The notes beneath the pieces are model-generated. The model was not told the origin of the DNA, searched no databases, and worked only from the letters and a program-made list of their open reading frames with translations. DNA of 64,000 bases from Raillietiella orientalis (lineage: Eukaryota): NCBI GenBank assembly GCA_036172245.1, contig JAYWIR010000050.1:682001-746000 (forward strand), in the 5' to 3' direction. Of the stretch, positions 23,911 through 36,700 are shown in pieces. The position numbers and the translations under genes were made by a program. Position 1 is the first letter of the stretch; every line of letters starts with the position of its first letter.

Positions 23911-24419
23911 ATGAAACGCTTTTCCGGGAACGCGCGACGTCTGGTGCCGTGGCCACGCGGTCGCCAACGCGGACGGTGTGGACGGAACGGCTGCGAAAGG
24001 CGTCGTCTGGAGTCGAGGTCGTCTTTTTTCATTTGTTCTACCGGCTGCCACTGTCGAGGTACCTGACCGAGTAAAGGCAGGATCCTGGAAAAGAGAGAGG
24101 AAAGCACCGAAAGAGACATAGTCGGCACTTGTTAACATCCTCGAGGCTGGACTAATGTTGTGTGTCCCTAATGTTGCTTTTATTAAAACACGGAAAGTGC
24201 ATTCCACTAAGAGCAAATAATGCACAGACTTCTATCGGAGGGAGGAGTTTCCTGTTTTAATCACCCGTTCCCGTTTGCACCCCGTGTCTCCTTGGGGTTT
24301 GTTCCAAAATAATGCTTGAAAACAAACCGCTGTTCAGGAAGAAGGCAGCCATTCATCCCCCCCAGAGGGATTCTGAATCCCATCGCATTCGTCACGGCCC
24401 GAAGGGTGTCCCTGTTAAC

Positions 24420-24640
24420 CGGAAACAGGATGAGCAGCAAGGTTCGCTTCGGGAAAGGTAGGAGAGGAAGTAAAAATAAATAAACAAACGTCTTCGCGTA
24501 AGAAGAGGAGCAAGGGAAGGGATCACCGACCGTTTTCCAGGAGATTTCCTCATCCTCCCCCAAGATGCTTGCAGGTTCCTCCTCAGGTGTCGTAAGGTGC
24601 GGCCGACCCGTCGTGACCTCCAGGAAGGAAGGGATGGCGT
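24420..24640 (-). mobile_element. LINE 3' end remnant
   Basis: RRNLQASWGRMRK followed by gtgatcccttccc, as in family B termini. Confidence 0.45.
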
Positions 24641-25039
24641 CTCTGTTGGTCGGACCACCTGCTTCCTAAGCAGGAAGTCATACCTTCCATTCTTAGATCG
24701 GGGAAGGAAGGAAAAGGGGGGAGGGAGTTTGTCTTCCCTATGCGAAGACTTTGGAGCTTTCAGCATGCACCTGATTCGGTCCTCCATGTCGGCATCATGC
24801 ATTTCAAACTGGACGATGAGTCCAGGTGCACAAAACCAAGCTCGTGACCCTTTTTTTTGCCACCGAATACAATGTGTGGAAAACAATCCCAAGTCGGCAT
24901 GGAGTGTTGGGAATTGGCGTTGAGAATGCCGGAAACACTCATCCTTTTGCATACTTTGTCTTTCTTGACGACACCATTACCTCGAAGCGGATTTCTTGTG
25001 TGGGTATAAACCATCGTCATCTGTGCGAGCCAGAGGGTC

Positions 25040-25200
25040 TCTGGGAACAGGGCGCCTCGCCTCCCCGAGCTGTCTCTGGCTCCAGACGGTATCGAATCTC
25101 CAGCGCGCCTCTCGGCGGGCTGCGGTGGTCCCGGGGAACCGTCGCGGAGGCCGCCGTCTTCAGCGTCCCTGCGCCGGGAAGACCGTGGTCATGGAAGGAT
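25040..25200 (+). mobile_element. LINE zf-RVT fragment, homologous to 21120-21270
   Basis: Shared cagggcgcc..gcctccccgagctgtc and ggggaaccgtcgcggaggccgccgtcttc. Confidence 0.6.
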
Positions 25201-25399
25201 GGTCAGTGTCAAGGCTTCCCGCCTTTTTCCGATTGTAGGATTCGATTTCCTTCCTCTTTCCTTCCAAGTTCCTCGAGAGGCCTGTATCTGTAATCGAAGT
25301 CTATCCCATCTTGGGCGAACCGTTCTTCGGCAGACTCCTGAATGATATCCAAGGCTCGGCTGTTCGTGTTTTCTTACCCTCTTCACAAGAGAGATGCGT

Positions 25400-26210
25400 G
25401 ATTGAAAGACTGTCGTCACTCGAAATGAGGAAATGGGATGGCTCTGTAGATTGTAGATTCTCACACTGGAGAAAGATCGACACCCAGGACTGGCGCTCGG
25501 AGAAATTCTCCACGGAGTTTATTCGGTTAAAGGAAATCATTTTCTGAAGCTTTCAGGATTTCATCCGGATGTTTCGGTTTGTGTGAAGATAATTGGACAT
25601 CGACTACATGACCATCGAAACTTCCTTCATCTCCTCAAAGTTGAGGTTTGATTGGCTCCAGTTCTTCGATTCGAGGAAGAAACTCCGAGATGAAGCAAAA
25701 CGTGTTGAGCATGTTGTTGAGTAGCCTACACTGTTCCTTCCACTTTGGCTCCCTCCTCGAGAGAATACAAGAAGGGTTCTCCGGGGCAGGTTGGAAATCG
25801 GCTGGCAACAAACGGCTCTCCATCACTTTCCCAGAACCATCCAAACGTGCACGTAGTCCGGAGAATTGCGAGGACCAGAATTCCTCCAGAACACTCAGTG
25901 GTAGAGGTTTGGGAAGTGCCCAAGGTGCGTGCCTAATAAGACGTATGCTCTTCAGGAAAACAGCAAAAGTACTTGGACTGTGGGCTGCCATTCGCCACAA
26001 CGCGTTCCTGTGGCAGCTCTGGCTAGCAGCGTCGCCGCAAGAGTGGAGCAGCATCAAGGTTTGGGGGTGAGCCTTCGAAGCCCAACATGGCTCCTGAGGA
26101 CCGAACAGCCCCAACTTGGCAAAGAAGAAGAGAGGAGCGGGCCACGATGCGATGAGTTTTTCCCATAAAAAATTCGGCGACACCGCCAGTCAGGTTAGGC
26201 AGACACGCAG
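25400..26210 (-). mobile_element. Decayed LINE ORF2 post-RT region
   Basis: NFLWEK and HRNALWRMAAH resemble L1-clade post-RT motifs. Confidence 0.35.
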
Positions 26211-26384
26211 GAGTGTTCGTTCCTCATCTGCTGGTTCTGCTGCAAGCAGCATGGAGGGTGGCGAGCTGAGCAACTCTGGAACGGGTCTTCTGTGTGCCCC
26301 CGAGTGCAGCGGAGGCTGCGAGCACGTTCAGGACGCATCTACCTCTCGACAAGATGGAACGGTCAGTCCATTAAGGGTAGGTAA

Positions 26385-27085
26385 TCCATGGAAAGGAAAG
26401 ATTGGGCGCGTCCTCTCCTCTACGCTCTCGCTTTTTCGGGTTTGCCAAGTGCTGAAGAGCGGTTCGCCTCCTAGGGGGGTGCTCAAGAAGCTTTTCAGTG
26501 CTGTCCACGACACCCGAGAGTGCGAGTGACTCTTCAAGTTAGGGGGGTAACCTCGGAGGGACCACTCTATGGAACCAGGGAGGCTGCGGAGGAAGGAGTC
26601 CGTTCCTCTCACTCTTGGTAGGGAGTCCTGAAAGGAACCTCCTTTTTGTTCTCTCCAGAGGGATCCCCGGAGGGGGGATATTCCTTATTTCTCCTCCGAA
26701 GGAAACCCGCAAAGGAACCGTTCCTTGTTCACTTCTCTGAAGAGCGCTCTCGGAAGACAGCAGCGCTCTCCTTACGCTCTGGAGAGGCAATCTTACGAGA
26801 GGGTGTCAACAAGCTACCGAGGTACCGTACGGCTCCATTTTCCCAGCCGGAGGGGAACTCTGAAGGGAACCGCCTCCTCCATTCCTGTAAGGACTTGGAA
26901 AGTCGACTTCCTGTCCCAGCCAGTCGACGGGGGCATTCGGCTTCCAACAGTGCCGCATCCGAATGTGAACCAACCAGCGTCATCTTGCGGGGGAGACTCG
27001 CAACCCACGACGTACCCATTTCTTGGTGTCGATCGTTCCTCGGGCGGATCGCACCCTCATGGTCGCCGCCAACGCGGGTCCTAAT
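26385..27085 (-). mobile_element. Near full-length SINE-like copy with an empty LINE target site
   Basis: Aligns end to end with 3645-4464. The target reads ggatgcggcactgttggaag on the minus strand at 26941-26960. Confidence 0.75.
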
Positions 27086-27749
27086 TATAAAAGTGCAGCT
27101 TTCCTCCTCTCCAGGAAGTGGCTTCGGACATGCTGGCAGGACCTCCAAGACAGGATCGATTTCTTGCGGATGTGCTGCTGCCATACTGCCGACCGAATAG
27201 TAACGGTGGGTTGATGCAACGGCAGTCATGGAACGCCCCTTTCCTCTCTTCTCACAACCTACGGAAGATCATTCTGTGGTTCCTTGGGCTCTTTCACCTG
27301 TGAAGAACAAGAGACGTGGAGTCGCTGGTTCTTGGCTAGAAAGGCTGGGTGGCCTCTTCACGTTTGGGTAAGAAAAGAGTGCGGCGATGAACATCCCCGG
27401 GAACAGCCGCAAGCCGCAGAGCAAGATGGTGGTGTACACCAGGAGTCGGGGCACGGTCTGGGAGCACATGCTGTGCCCCCGCCGGCCAGGATGAACAGCC
27501 GCCGGCACGTCTTCCGGCCGGCTGGCCAGATGGTGTGAATCGTGGGACATCCCCACTGAGCTCACCATCTCTGAATGGGTGGGGTATCGCAACGGGATGA
27601 GGATGCTCGCTAGCAGCTGCGAAACTACGGATAAGTAGGCAGTCTTACTCATTTACGGAGTCGAGATCGCTCCCGAAACCCGGGAGGCGGTCGGGTAGAC
27701 TCTGGACGACTGGAGGCTGCGGGGCGGACTGGTCCGCGTCTCCTTTTGC

Positions 27750-28460
27750 GCGCGGTTCATTCGTGGAAGAGCGTCGCTCACGGCAAGGGCGCCTTGTGCT
27801 CGGACATGGAACTGCGGTCCAAGGGGCGAGTCGCCATTCTGGACCCCGCCTGCCCAGAATGGCCCCTCTGGGTGACCGGCAGCTGGCTGCCTTGGGAGGT
27901 GAAACCCTCATCCGTCGGCAAGATCCTTCGGGAGGACCACTGCACAGCCGCGTTCGTCCAGCTCAACGCTTCGAGACTGACCGACGCCTGCGGCTTTGCC
28001 GCCCTCTTCACGCGGGTCCGGAAAGCCACGGAGTCTCTTTGAGAGGTCAGCGCGGACTGAGGCCCCAGTCGCCCCGCTCTTCAGCAGCCTCTCCGTGTCA
28101 CTGCTAGGGGATGTCCAGCAGCGCTTCCCCGCACGATCGTTAGGTGACCTACGGGACCGAAAAGAGTCAGTCAGCAAAGATGCCGCCCTTGCCGTTCCTT
28201 CCTACACGTGACCTTCCTACCCGCTGCCACCAACTACATCGTCCCCTCACGGTACTGGGAAAGGAGACCCTGCAGGTGAGCCAGGCCAACCATCGCCTGG
28301 GGCAGTCGGGTCCCACCGCCGACATATGACGGTCCGGCAGACTGAATGTGAGGAGTGAGCGCAGAGCCAAAGTGAGCAAAAAAAAAAAACCCTCGGGAGC
28401 TGGAGTAAAGCTCCAGCCAGAGCAGAGCTGGCACTACCGGGCATTTGCCACATGTCGAAA
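27750..28460 (+). mobile_element. Decayed L1/Tx1 ORF1 (gag-like) remnant
   Basis: VTGSWLPWEVKPSSVGKIL resembles the ORF1 VxVxxLPxE motif; knuckle-like residues (TYDG..., GTTGHL) follow. Confidence 0.35.
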
Positions 28461-28879
28461 AATCGCGACAGAGTTCTGGGAGGAAGGAGGGTGGGATTAT
28501 CATTTCTCCTCCAGGGCAGTACAGGACACGTCTCCGGATAGCAAGTAACCTGATATCAAGGTATCTCCTAGGAGGTGGAGTCGTCCTAGGGATACTCCAG
28601 ATCCCCGCACGTGCAGTGGTGCGCTCATCCAGAGCACGGCGTGTCAGGCAACAACCCATTGCACATGCGTCGTCCGGATGAACAAGCCGCGCCGAATGTG
28701 CGACGTGTCCAGAGGATGCGAGTCGAATACGGTCGACAAGGGCGCGTTTGTCAACGATGCTCGTAGCGCTGCGAGGAGGAGAGAACGCGGAAGTCCGATC
28801 GCGAGGACATGGGTTCGAATTTCGCGCGACCACGCTCGTGATGCATCGCGACGCTTTCATGCCGGGCTAGGGCAGGAAT

Positions 28880-29170
28880 GTAGGCACGAAACAGACGAGT
28901 CCATGAGCAGCTGCAGACGGGCGGGGAGAACGCTCCACGCTTCCTGGAGTCCGAGAAGGGTTGCAGCTTCTCCTGCGGAGACGCTGGACCGAAGGAGGGG
29001 AGACGTCTTCAGGATCTCGGAGATGGCAGTCAGACGCACCGACGGGCAGCAGCGATTCTGTCGCAGTGCAGGTCCTTGTCGACCCTCCTCGAGGTGAAAC
29101 GAGTCGATTAAATCCTCCAGGCCACTCTCGCGCATCTTTGCACCTTAAAAGAGAAGTGAGGAATCCTCTC
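28880..29170 (-). mobile_element. LINE APE endonuclease C-terminal remnant
   Basis: LEDLIDSFHLEE...GP...SVRLTAI resembles the L.D...P.T...SRLD.I pattern. Confidence 0.35.
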
Positions 29171-29792
29171 ACCTACTTGTTTCAGAGCTGCCTCGAGAAA
29201 GGATCCCACCCTCCTAATCGATGTTAAATTTCTCCTTCCTCAGTCTGACGCTGAAGGATGGATTGCTAGAAGATGAAGGGAGGCTGCGCCTAGCATGAAA
29301 GTGAAGTGAGAGAAAAAAAAAAACATAGGTCATGTACACATTATCTGACGACGGGAATGAGGGTCGTCACCAAGGGGCTTCTCTTCCGAGCCCCTAAACG
29401 CTCCTCTCCTCCTGTTATGTTCACTTCGTCTCTCTCGGAAGACCATGCACGTGCCCATGAACCGTTCTAGAGCAAGAGACAGATACCGAGACGGCGCAGG
29501 TCAAGGAAAGGAGAGAATGGAACCCAGGAACAACGGGAACGCTAGTCTGATGCGCGCCGTCCGTCGGTCGCACTGGAACGACCAGTGCAGCTCCTCTTCG
29601 TGCTGCCATCTTCAGTAGGGGAGTGCAGCGTCATCTTTCAAAGCGGCAGGACGTGCGTACAGCCCACGAAGGCCGAAGATCGTGCCAGCAGTTTCCCTGT
29701 TACCTCTCCTTCTTGCCTGCGCGCGGCGCCGTTCTCGCTAGTTCTCTCACTGCCTGCACCGCCGCGACCTTTCAGGAGCTGCTGCCCGTTCT

Positions 29793-29867
29793 GCACCGTA
29801 TCCCCCCCCCCCTCGGAAGGACCGGACATGAAATCCTCCCTTCGAGCCTCGCCAAGTGCTTGCTGAA
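29793..29867 (+). repeat. 75-bp inverted repeat, left arm
   Basis: 29821-29860 is the exact reverse complement of 32481-32520 (40/40). Confidence 0.95.
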
Positions 29868-31994
29868 GCGGAAGTTTCTCGATCAAAATAGGCGACACCC
29901 CTGTTGGCTGCTCACACGGTCTCCGGCATCACAGGCCGCAGGGCGCCTCAGCTCCTTCGTCAGTCTCCACGGAAGGAGGAAGAGCTTCTGCAAGACTGCA
30001 AGACCCACGCGACCCGATCAAAAAAGTCCTTCCTGGGGACCCTGGACTGCCTGTGTGCTTACCCTTCTCTTCTTCGCGCGGCGGACCCAGGCTGGGGAAG
30101 TTCCCTCGAAAAATGACGTCGCAGAACCCTGTCACACGCGCGTTTCCTCCTGTGACTCCCATCTTTGTTAGCAGGCGGACCGGCGTTGCCGGAGTTCACA
30201 TCAACACGTCTGTGAAGGTCCTGAGTTCTGCTGCTCAAATGCACTCAACGGTTGCTGGGAAAGCACGACGCGCGCGAAAGCACGAGAATAGCCCATCGCG
30301 GCACCGTGCGTGCAACTCTTTGTGCATCAGATATGCGAATCGAATCCGACTTCTACACGGATGGAAATGCACTGGAAGAAAGGGGTTGCTTGGTAACCGA
30401 CTGCTTACGGAAAACGAGTCCACGTACGTGAGAGGTTTTTTGATGACCAGGAGCGACTTCTCGACTTTGCTATGGCAGCGTCTTGAGGTAGATTTCCGAG
30501 TAGGGTTCATACCTCTTCACAGGGTGTAGGGGCTGGGTTTCGCTTGGACACCGAGAAGATGAACTGATTCATGAAGAGAATCTTGGGCTTTGGGTCTCTT
30601 GATTGGTCAGCACATTCCATGATTTCGAGACTTTCAGCTGCCAGCTGTTCGGACATGGAAGGGAATGCGAAGTGCAGGCTCCGTTTATGTGTGAGCCTGT
30701 CCAGCCCCACACAACTCAAGAGAGCTCTCGGGCCTTTACCGTCTCGAAGATAGACGGCCCTAACCCGTGTCTTTTTCCGCAGTGCTCCTCCGTTTCTGGA
30801 AAAGCAACGTTGCCAACGAGACCTCATCGCCTCTCCCGCGGATACGCCTGTCCGCCCCCGCACATCGCGACGGAAACTCGGATAGTCAACCACTTCCACA
30901 TCTCTCCGAGGTTCGCATTCCACGTGCGTCGTCCACCGGCTGGGATTAGGGAGGAGAGGGGGTTCCGCCACCGTTCCAAGCTTGCGCGCTCGACCACTGT
31001 CGCTGCGCGGGCATAAAAAGGAGTCGTCGCCGTCGTCGTCGTCGTCGGGGGATGGGGGAGGGGGGGACCCGACTGCACAGGTTTGCTCTCGCAGCGGTGC
31101 GCCCGACCCGTATCGGACGGGTGGGTATCGCCTCCTGCCTGCCTGCCTGCCTGCCTGCCGCGCAGGCTCCTGGGTGTTCCCAGAACTTCCAACTCCCACA
31201 GGACGGCTCATCGTTCTCGGGTCCCCTGAAGCCACATGACTTGATAGCGTGAGCCCGGGTTCGTCCCGGGAGCGATAGAGAGGTCGCGTGGCACCCATGT
31301 GTTTCTTTCTCTTTCTTTCGTGCAGCTTCTGGAACGCTGCCGACGTGCTCCTGACTGAAGAGCACGGGAACGGTGTCATGACGACGACGCTGCCTTTCCC
31401 CAGCACGAGGCCAGGTCGTAACGGAGAGGTTGAGTGTTTCCTTCTGGCACTTCCCATTGTCCGTGGGTCTCGTCAGCTGTTGACACTACGGAGCCGCAGC
31501 GGATATGATTAAACCGGGGGTGCTTCCTCAGACTGCGGACCGAACCCTAAATCGAAGATGCTTTGCCGCTCCCGTGCAGCACGATGCTCTCGTGCGGACA
31601 ATGCTTACAGCCTCTCGAATTCAATCGCCCTCTGAGCTGCCCGAAAACAATCGTTATGATCGTACATCGCTTTGAAAGTTGGATATCTGTTAAAGGACTA
31701 GGGAGAAGGAGGAGGAGGAGGAGGGGATGAGAAGGGTATGCGTGAAACGTCTCCGAGATCCGTCACGGAAAACATCTCTCATCTCACGCAAACAAAAACA
31801 CTTTATGCATGCAGCAGCTACCGAGTTCGCGGAGTTGATTGGTGTACAGCAGGTATCTCGGGCACAGTCCTGCTCCCGTTGCTAAGACAATCGGACGGTG
31901 TTTCTCTATCTGTGCCTTAAAACCGATGGGAGAAGTGTTCGCATGCATCTTCTGTCTCGGAGTTCCCTCGTGCTCTCACAGAAGTGTCGAGAGA

Positions 31995-32223
31995 ATGAAA
32001 TGCCTGGGTGCTGTCGTCGTCGTGTCTCTGATGTGCGTCGGCGGCGTTCCTACGGAAGAGGGAGAGCAGCTAGGCGAGAAGGTGCCTTCCAAGAGGCTTT
32101 GCAGAGTCATCAGGGATGAGGCATTCTACAGCGAGAAGACTGGACGGGAGGATTTGCTCATCCACCTGACTCACCCGTCCTTCAACCCGTCTTTCAGCAT
32201 CGTCAAGGAGTTGACTTACTCAG
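31995..32223 (+). CDS. Coding exon 1 of a secreted or membrane CUB/C-type lectin multidomain protein (signal peptide)
   Basis: ATG at 31995 gives MKCLGAVVVVSLMCVGGVPTEE..., a signal-peptide-like start. The exon ends TCA G|GTATCT (phase 1), which matches the acceptor at 42954. Confidence 0.7.
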
Positions 32224-32473
32224 GTATCTGCCAAAAGAGATCGTGTGTGTGTGCACGGAGGAGGAGGAAAGGGGGAAGGAGAAGAGTGACTGCATGGAGA
32301 AAAAGCACACACAAGATGACCGTTTCGTTTCGAGCGTGAATGACTGAAATTTTTGCTTCTGTACCGAGACGCATCTCCTCCCCATACACGCCACCCCCTT
32401 CCGAGTAGCAAAGGGCAGCCCCTCAGACCGGGTTCCGAACTTTCTGCCTCGAGCCGACCCGAGGCAGAAAGAG

Positions 32474-32547
32474 TTCAGCGAGCACTTGGCGAGGCTCGAA
32501 GGGAGGATTTCATGTCCGGTTCTTCCGGGGGGGGGGGGATATGGTGC
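32474..32547 (-). repeat. Inverted repeat, right arm
   Basis: Reverse complement of 29793-29867 with about 4 differences. Confidence 0.95.
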
Positions 32548-32632
32548 GTCTAGGTGAAAGTATTCGTCACGAGAGGGGCACCAAGAACGATGCACCTTCA
32601 GTGGAAGGCAAGGGAAAGAGTCGGGTATGGCT

Positions 32633-32760
32633 CATTGTTGCGGCTGTGCGGCGCGGAAACGCGAACCCCATTGTTGCGGCCGTGCGGAACGGAAACGCGA
32701 ACCCCATTGTTGCGGCCGTGCGGAACGGATACGGGAACCCCATTGTTGCGGCCGTGCGGG
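32633..32760. repeat. 36-bp minisatellite, ~3.5 units
   Basis: Unit cattgttgcggccgtgcggaacggaaacgcgaaccc starts at 32633, 32669, 32705 and 32741. Confidence 0.95.
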
Positions 32761-33399
32761 CGCGGCAGTCCTTGTCACGTGTATAACCTGCAGCATTCGT
32801 GTGACACGGAAACCGGAGGGAAACACATCGTCGGAAGAAAATCGATGGGACTGTGTGATCCGTGCCACTCCCTCTCTCGCTCCAGGGCACGGCATTGGCT
32901 GCGGACGCAAGGATGCTCTTTGGCGGGTTCCGGAGTGAAGAATCTCGGAACGGAGGACGCGTGGCTCCCTGGGGAGGAGGCCCTGCCTATCTTTCCCGCA
33001 AATCACTACGCCAGATGCCGATAATCAGACTCGAAGTGGAAGCGGATGATGAATTCGCTTCAGACATTTCGGAGCACTCTTTGCGCGGTTGTTGACAGGA
33101 GGCGGACCGAGAGTGCGCTCCTTGCAACACACCGCGGCCGCAGAGGCGAAAGACCAGATGCGGCGAATTGCTGCAAGGGAATTCGGATCTGGAGTCGCTC
33201 GGGAGCCGAATCTCCAGGCCAGGCCAGGTGGTGACCCGAGGGGTGAGGGAGACGAACCACTCCCCGGAGAAACTGCATCCGAATCCGGTTCCTGGCCGAA
33301 CAGAAACCCTTCTGCGCCTTCGGGTAGAGAAGCGGCGAGTTCACTCGGCGTGCGTCTGCGGAAGCCCCGCCCTGCAGATCAACGGCAACGTGGGGATGC

Positions 33400-36300
33400 A
33401 TTCCTGAACCAACACGAAAGTTCTCGAGTCGTAGTTTCCCCTTCTCGCTAGATCGTACGGAACCCTAAGGGACGATTCCTGGAAAAGTTTTCCTCGGAGA
33501 TACCCCGTGCTCAGCAGCCGCGCGCAACGTCCGTAACGGCGGCACCATCGAAGCTCGAGAGCTCCCGCGAACTGCATCCGCGGCTCATGCGGGCAGTCAA
33601 AGAGAGCGCTCGAAAGTGCTGAACCGCAGTAGCTGGAGCGCGGTCCAACTCTTAGGAAGGAGACGGGCTTGGCGTCCTGCATGTGGGTTCTGGTCGCTTA
33701 CTGGTCCGTTCTGGAGAGCTGCTGGCCACCTGCCTCGTCGTATCTCCGCCTGCACTCCCCGTGAGCGTGGCTGTGTCGCTTTGCAAAAGCCGCCGCTGCG
33801 GATGAATCCGCGGGCATCACTGACCTCGACTTGCTTAATGAGCCCGGGGTCTTGTTATTTGATTGCTGGAGTGACGTATCTGTAAATCGAGCTGTGGCAG
33901 CATTTCTTGATGAGGGTTCGTGTGCGCTCTGGGATGTCCGGTGCGGCAATCTACCACTCGATCGTGCTGCGAGATCTCCCATTCCGATGCCTGCTTGCGG
34001 GGGTTCTCCCAACTGCCCACGGAAAGCTACCAAAAAACTTTCCCAATCGTCCGGAAAATCAGGAGCTCCTGCAGAGAAAGGGTTTCGGCATCTCTCTTCC
34101 CACAAGGATCCCCGCCTTTCTCTTCCTCCGGATGGTGCCTCATTTGCCCATCTGGGACGATCCGGAATCCTGCATGTAGTGGACGTGATGCTGCGAACGT
34201 ATCGCAGCAGCGGCTCCAGAAACAGCTGGGGAAGGGTTCATGATTTTGAGGAACAATTCCGCCGTGGCCTTCGTCTCGATTGGATCTTCGTGTCCAAGAA
34301 ACGAATCGATTTGCCAGGTTTCCATGGAGGTGAAGTTTTCCACACGAAGGTTCTCTTTCCTTCCTCTGCTTGGATTCTACGATTTATTCAGAAGAACGAG
34401 CAAAGTTCGAGTGGAATCGAAATGGGTTTTAAGCTCTGCTTGGATCTTCATGCAATGGGAATCTGCTAGGATGTGTCTTAGCAACCGCGCCATCCACCCG
34501 ATTCCGTCCGAAGCACTCTCTCCCACTTTGGAGTGCAGCGTAGAGACGAACGCATGAAAAATCAGCCCTCCTTAATTTCATCAAGCTGGAAGTTGGAATT
34601 CCGAATTTACGGTTTTGTTTCGATGCGGATGCCATCTAGCGACGCCATGTAAAATATGGGATTCATCCATCACTAGTTCTGGAAGTCAAACTTTCTCGGT
34701 TCAAATTACTAAGAGCGCTGTTCATTTAGTCAAGGCAAGGAAAGCAAGCAGTCCCTCCTTCCCTAAGCAATGGGGATCTTCCAGCGGTTTCTACGGAAAT
34801 TGATGATTTTAACCTGAATAAGCGTTAGATCACTGATTCCGAGTGACACTTGGGAATGGAACTCAGGTGGAGGAAAACTAGATGACTCTTATTCTCCGTC
34901 CACTGAGGAAGTTATCGACTTCCAAAAGCGTCCAGGATTCCAAACGCTTTTCTTCTTCGCCTTTCATTTGATTTCATTTATTTGTTTGTTTATTTGTTTT
35001 TTGCGATGCAACAACTGGAAGGGGAAAAGCCACGGGCGGCAAACGAAAGCCTGGAAGGAATTCCGCTCCGTCGTCCTCTTTGGATTGTTCTCCTTTAAGA
35101 ATTATCGCCAGCCTGCCTTCCCCAAGGAAGACCGTACCCGAAACGGTCTTTTTTTTCCTTCCAGCTTCCGAGCATCTGCACCTCCGCTCTTGCGAAAATC
35201 TCAGATCAAATATCCTGAAAACAGCACTTTGGCGGAAGGAAGAAGAAGAAAAAAGTGGAGCTCCAGTGGAAATTTTTCGATGTTTCGTACGCCTAGGAGG
35301 AGGAGGAGGAGGGAATTTTCCCCAGCCATCCAGTCCGGCGATTACGTTTGGCTGAAGAGATGCAGTTACGAGTTGCATGTCTCGGGGAAGACGGCATGTC
35401 AGACGGTTCGTGCGTTCCTCTGGGTTGCAGCAAAAACTGCGACGCAGCGCGAGGTTACGGCACCTTGAGCTGGGGCTCCGCCGCCGTCCTCGCGGGTCAC
35501 ACGGGTGGGCGCCACACGCGCGAGGGTGCACGGTGACCCCCTCCCCAGAGCAGCCCGCACTCCCCCTGACTGCCTTCTTAGCAGCGCCCACTGTCCTCCC
35601 CCAACCGCACGGTTCGCGACGGAGACGACGCCGTTTCTGTTCCGCCCTCCGTCCCGGAAGCAACTCCTTTCAAGTCGGGCATCTTCTGACACCTTCTGGC
35701 GCCCTGATGACTTTTGAGCCCGCGTGCAAGCTTGGCGGATGGAATTCTCGAACCGGCGATGCCGCCACCTCCATCTGCTCGCTTCTTTCGAATTCGTAAA
35801 CAGTTTGTTTCGGCTGCTTCATTAGCCTTGCTGGAGGCGTTCATGTCGTGAATGCAGGAGTCGAGCCAGTCGCTTCCCTATTCACCAATTCTCCTCTTTC
35901 GAAAGGGTTAAGCGTCCGCCATTGATTTTCCTGCGAGTAGAAACCCTTCCCAGCGGAAACCTTCAATTTGACCGCCGTCCTCTCTATCAAAGGCGTATTT
36001 CAAAGCTGGACCGGAAAAGCAAATGGCTCCGTGAAGTTCTGAACGCGGCCTCTGTCATCATCCATTTCTTAATTGAAAGTCAAGTGATTGGTCATCTCGC
36101 AAAACCCTCAATGTCATTGAATCCCGAGGGCTGTCATCGTCAAGTCGCAGCCGTTTTACGCAAACAAAGCCGTGCATCTGTTTAAGGCGAAAAGGTTCCT
36201 CATGGCTGTGGTCAGTCTTCTTGCGTCTTGGTAGAAAAAAAAAAAAAGTTACGTGCTATGCGCGTATCATCGGAAATGGCCGAAACCTTCCGCATCCGCT

Positions 36301-36700
36301 TTTCCGAGTTGCGCGGATCCTATCAATCGAGCAATCAGCCTCTGAAACTCGGATGCCATTCCAAGATTATCCCTTAGCCAACGGATGTGCAAATCGAGGG
36401 TCGCAACTCCTTTTTTGCCTAATCTCCTAATTCGCGGGTTTTCACGGGTTCTCACGTCGCCATATTGGAACCTGAAGAACAAGCGCCACCCTGCAGGATC
36501 TTTCCAGAGAGCTTCGTTTGAGAAACCCGGATAACTTGCAGTCCCAAGTCATCTAAACAGCAGCCAGATACGCATATCCGATGATGATGCGTGGGCCAGG
36601 AGAGAAATTTAGGATTCCCCCAGAAACGTACAACCCTTTCGCCCAAGCACTTCGGTTCGGCGATGGTCCGGATAAACTCGCCCCAAATCGCATTCAGGCT
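33400..36700 (-). mobile_element. Highly decayed LINE ORF2 remnant (intron 1)
   Basis: Scattered minus-strand motifs (KYAFDR near 35990, KFGIP near 34600) in the expected order, with many stops and frameshifts. Confidence 0.3.

Noticed and set aside
31254..31271. cccggg-ttcgt-cccggg as another LINE terminal hairpin
   Set aside because: No adjacent AATAAA or T-rich LINE UTR, and the loop differs from the consensus.
32633..32760. 36-bp repeats as a CRISPR array
   Set aside because: The units are contiguous with no unique spacers, there are no cas genes, and the context is a eukaryotic intron.
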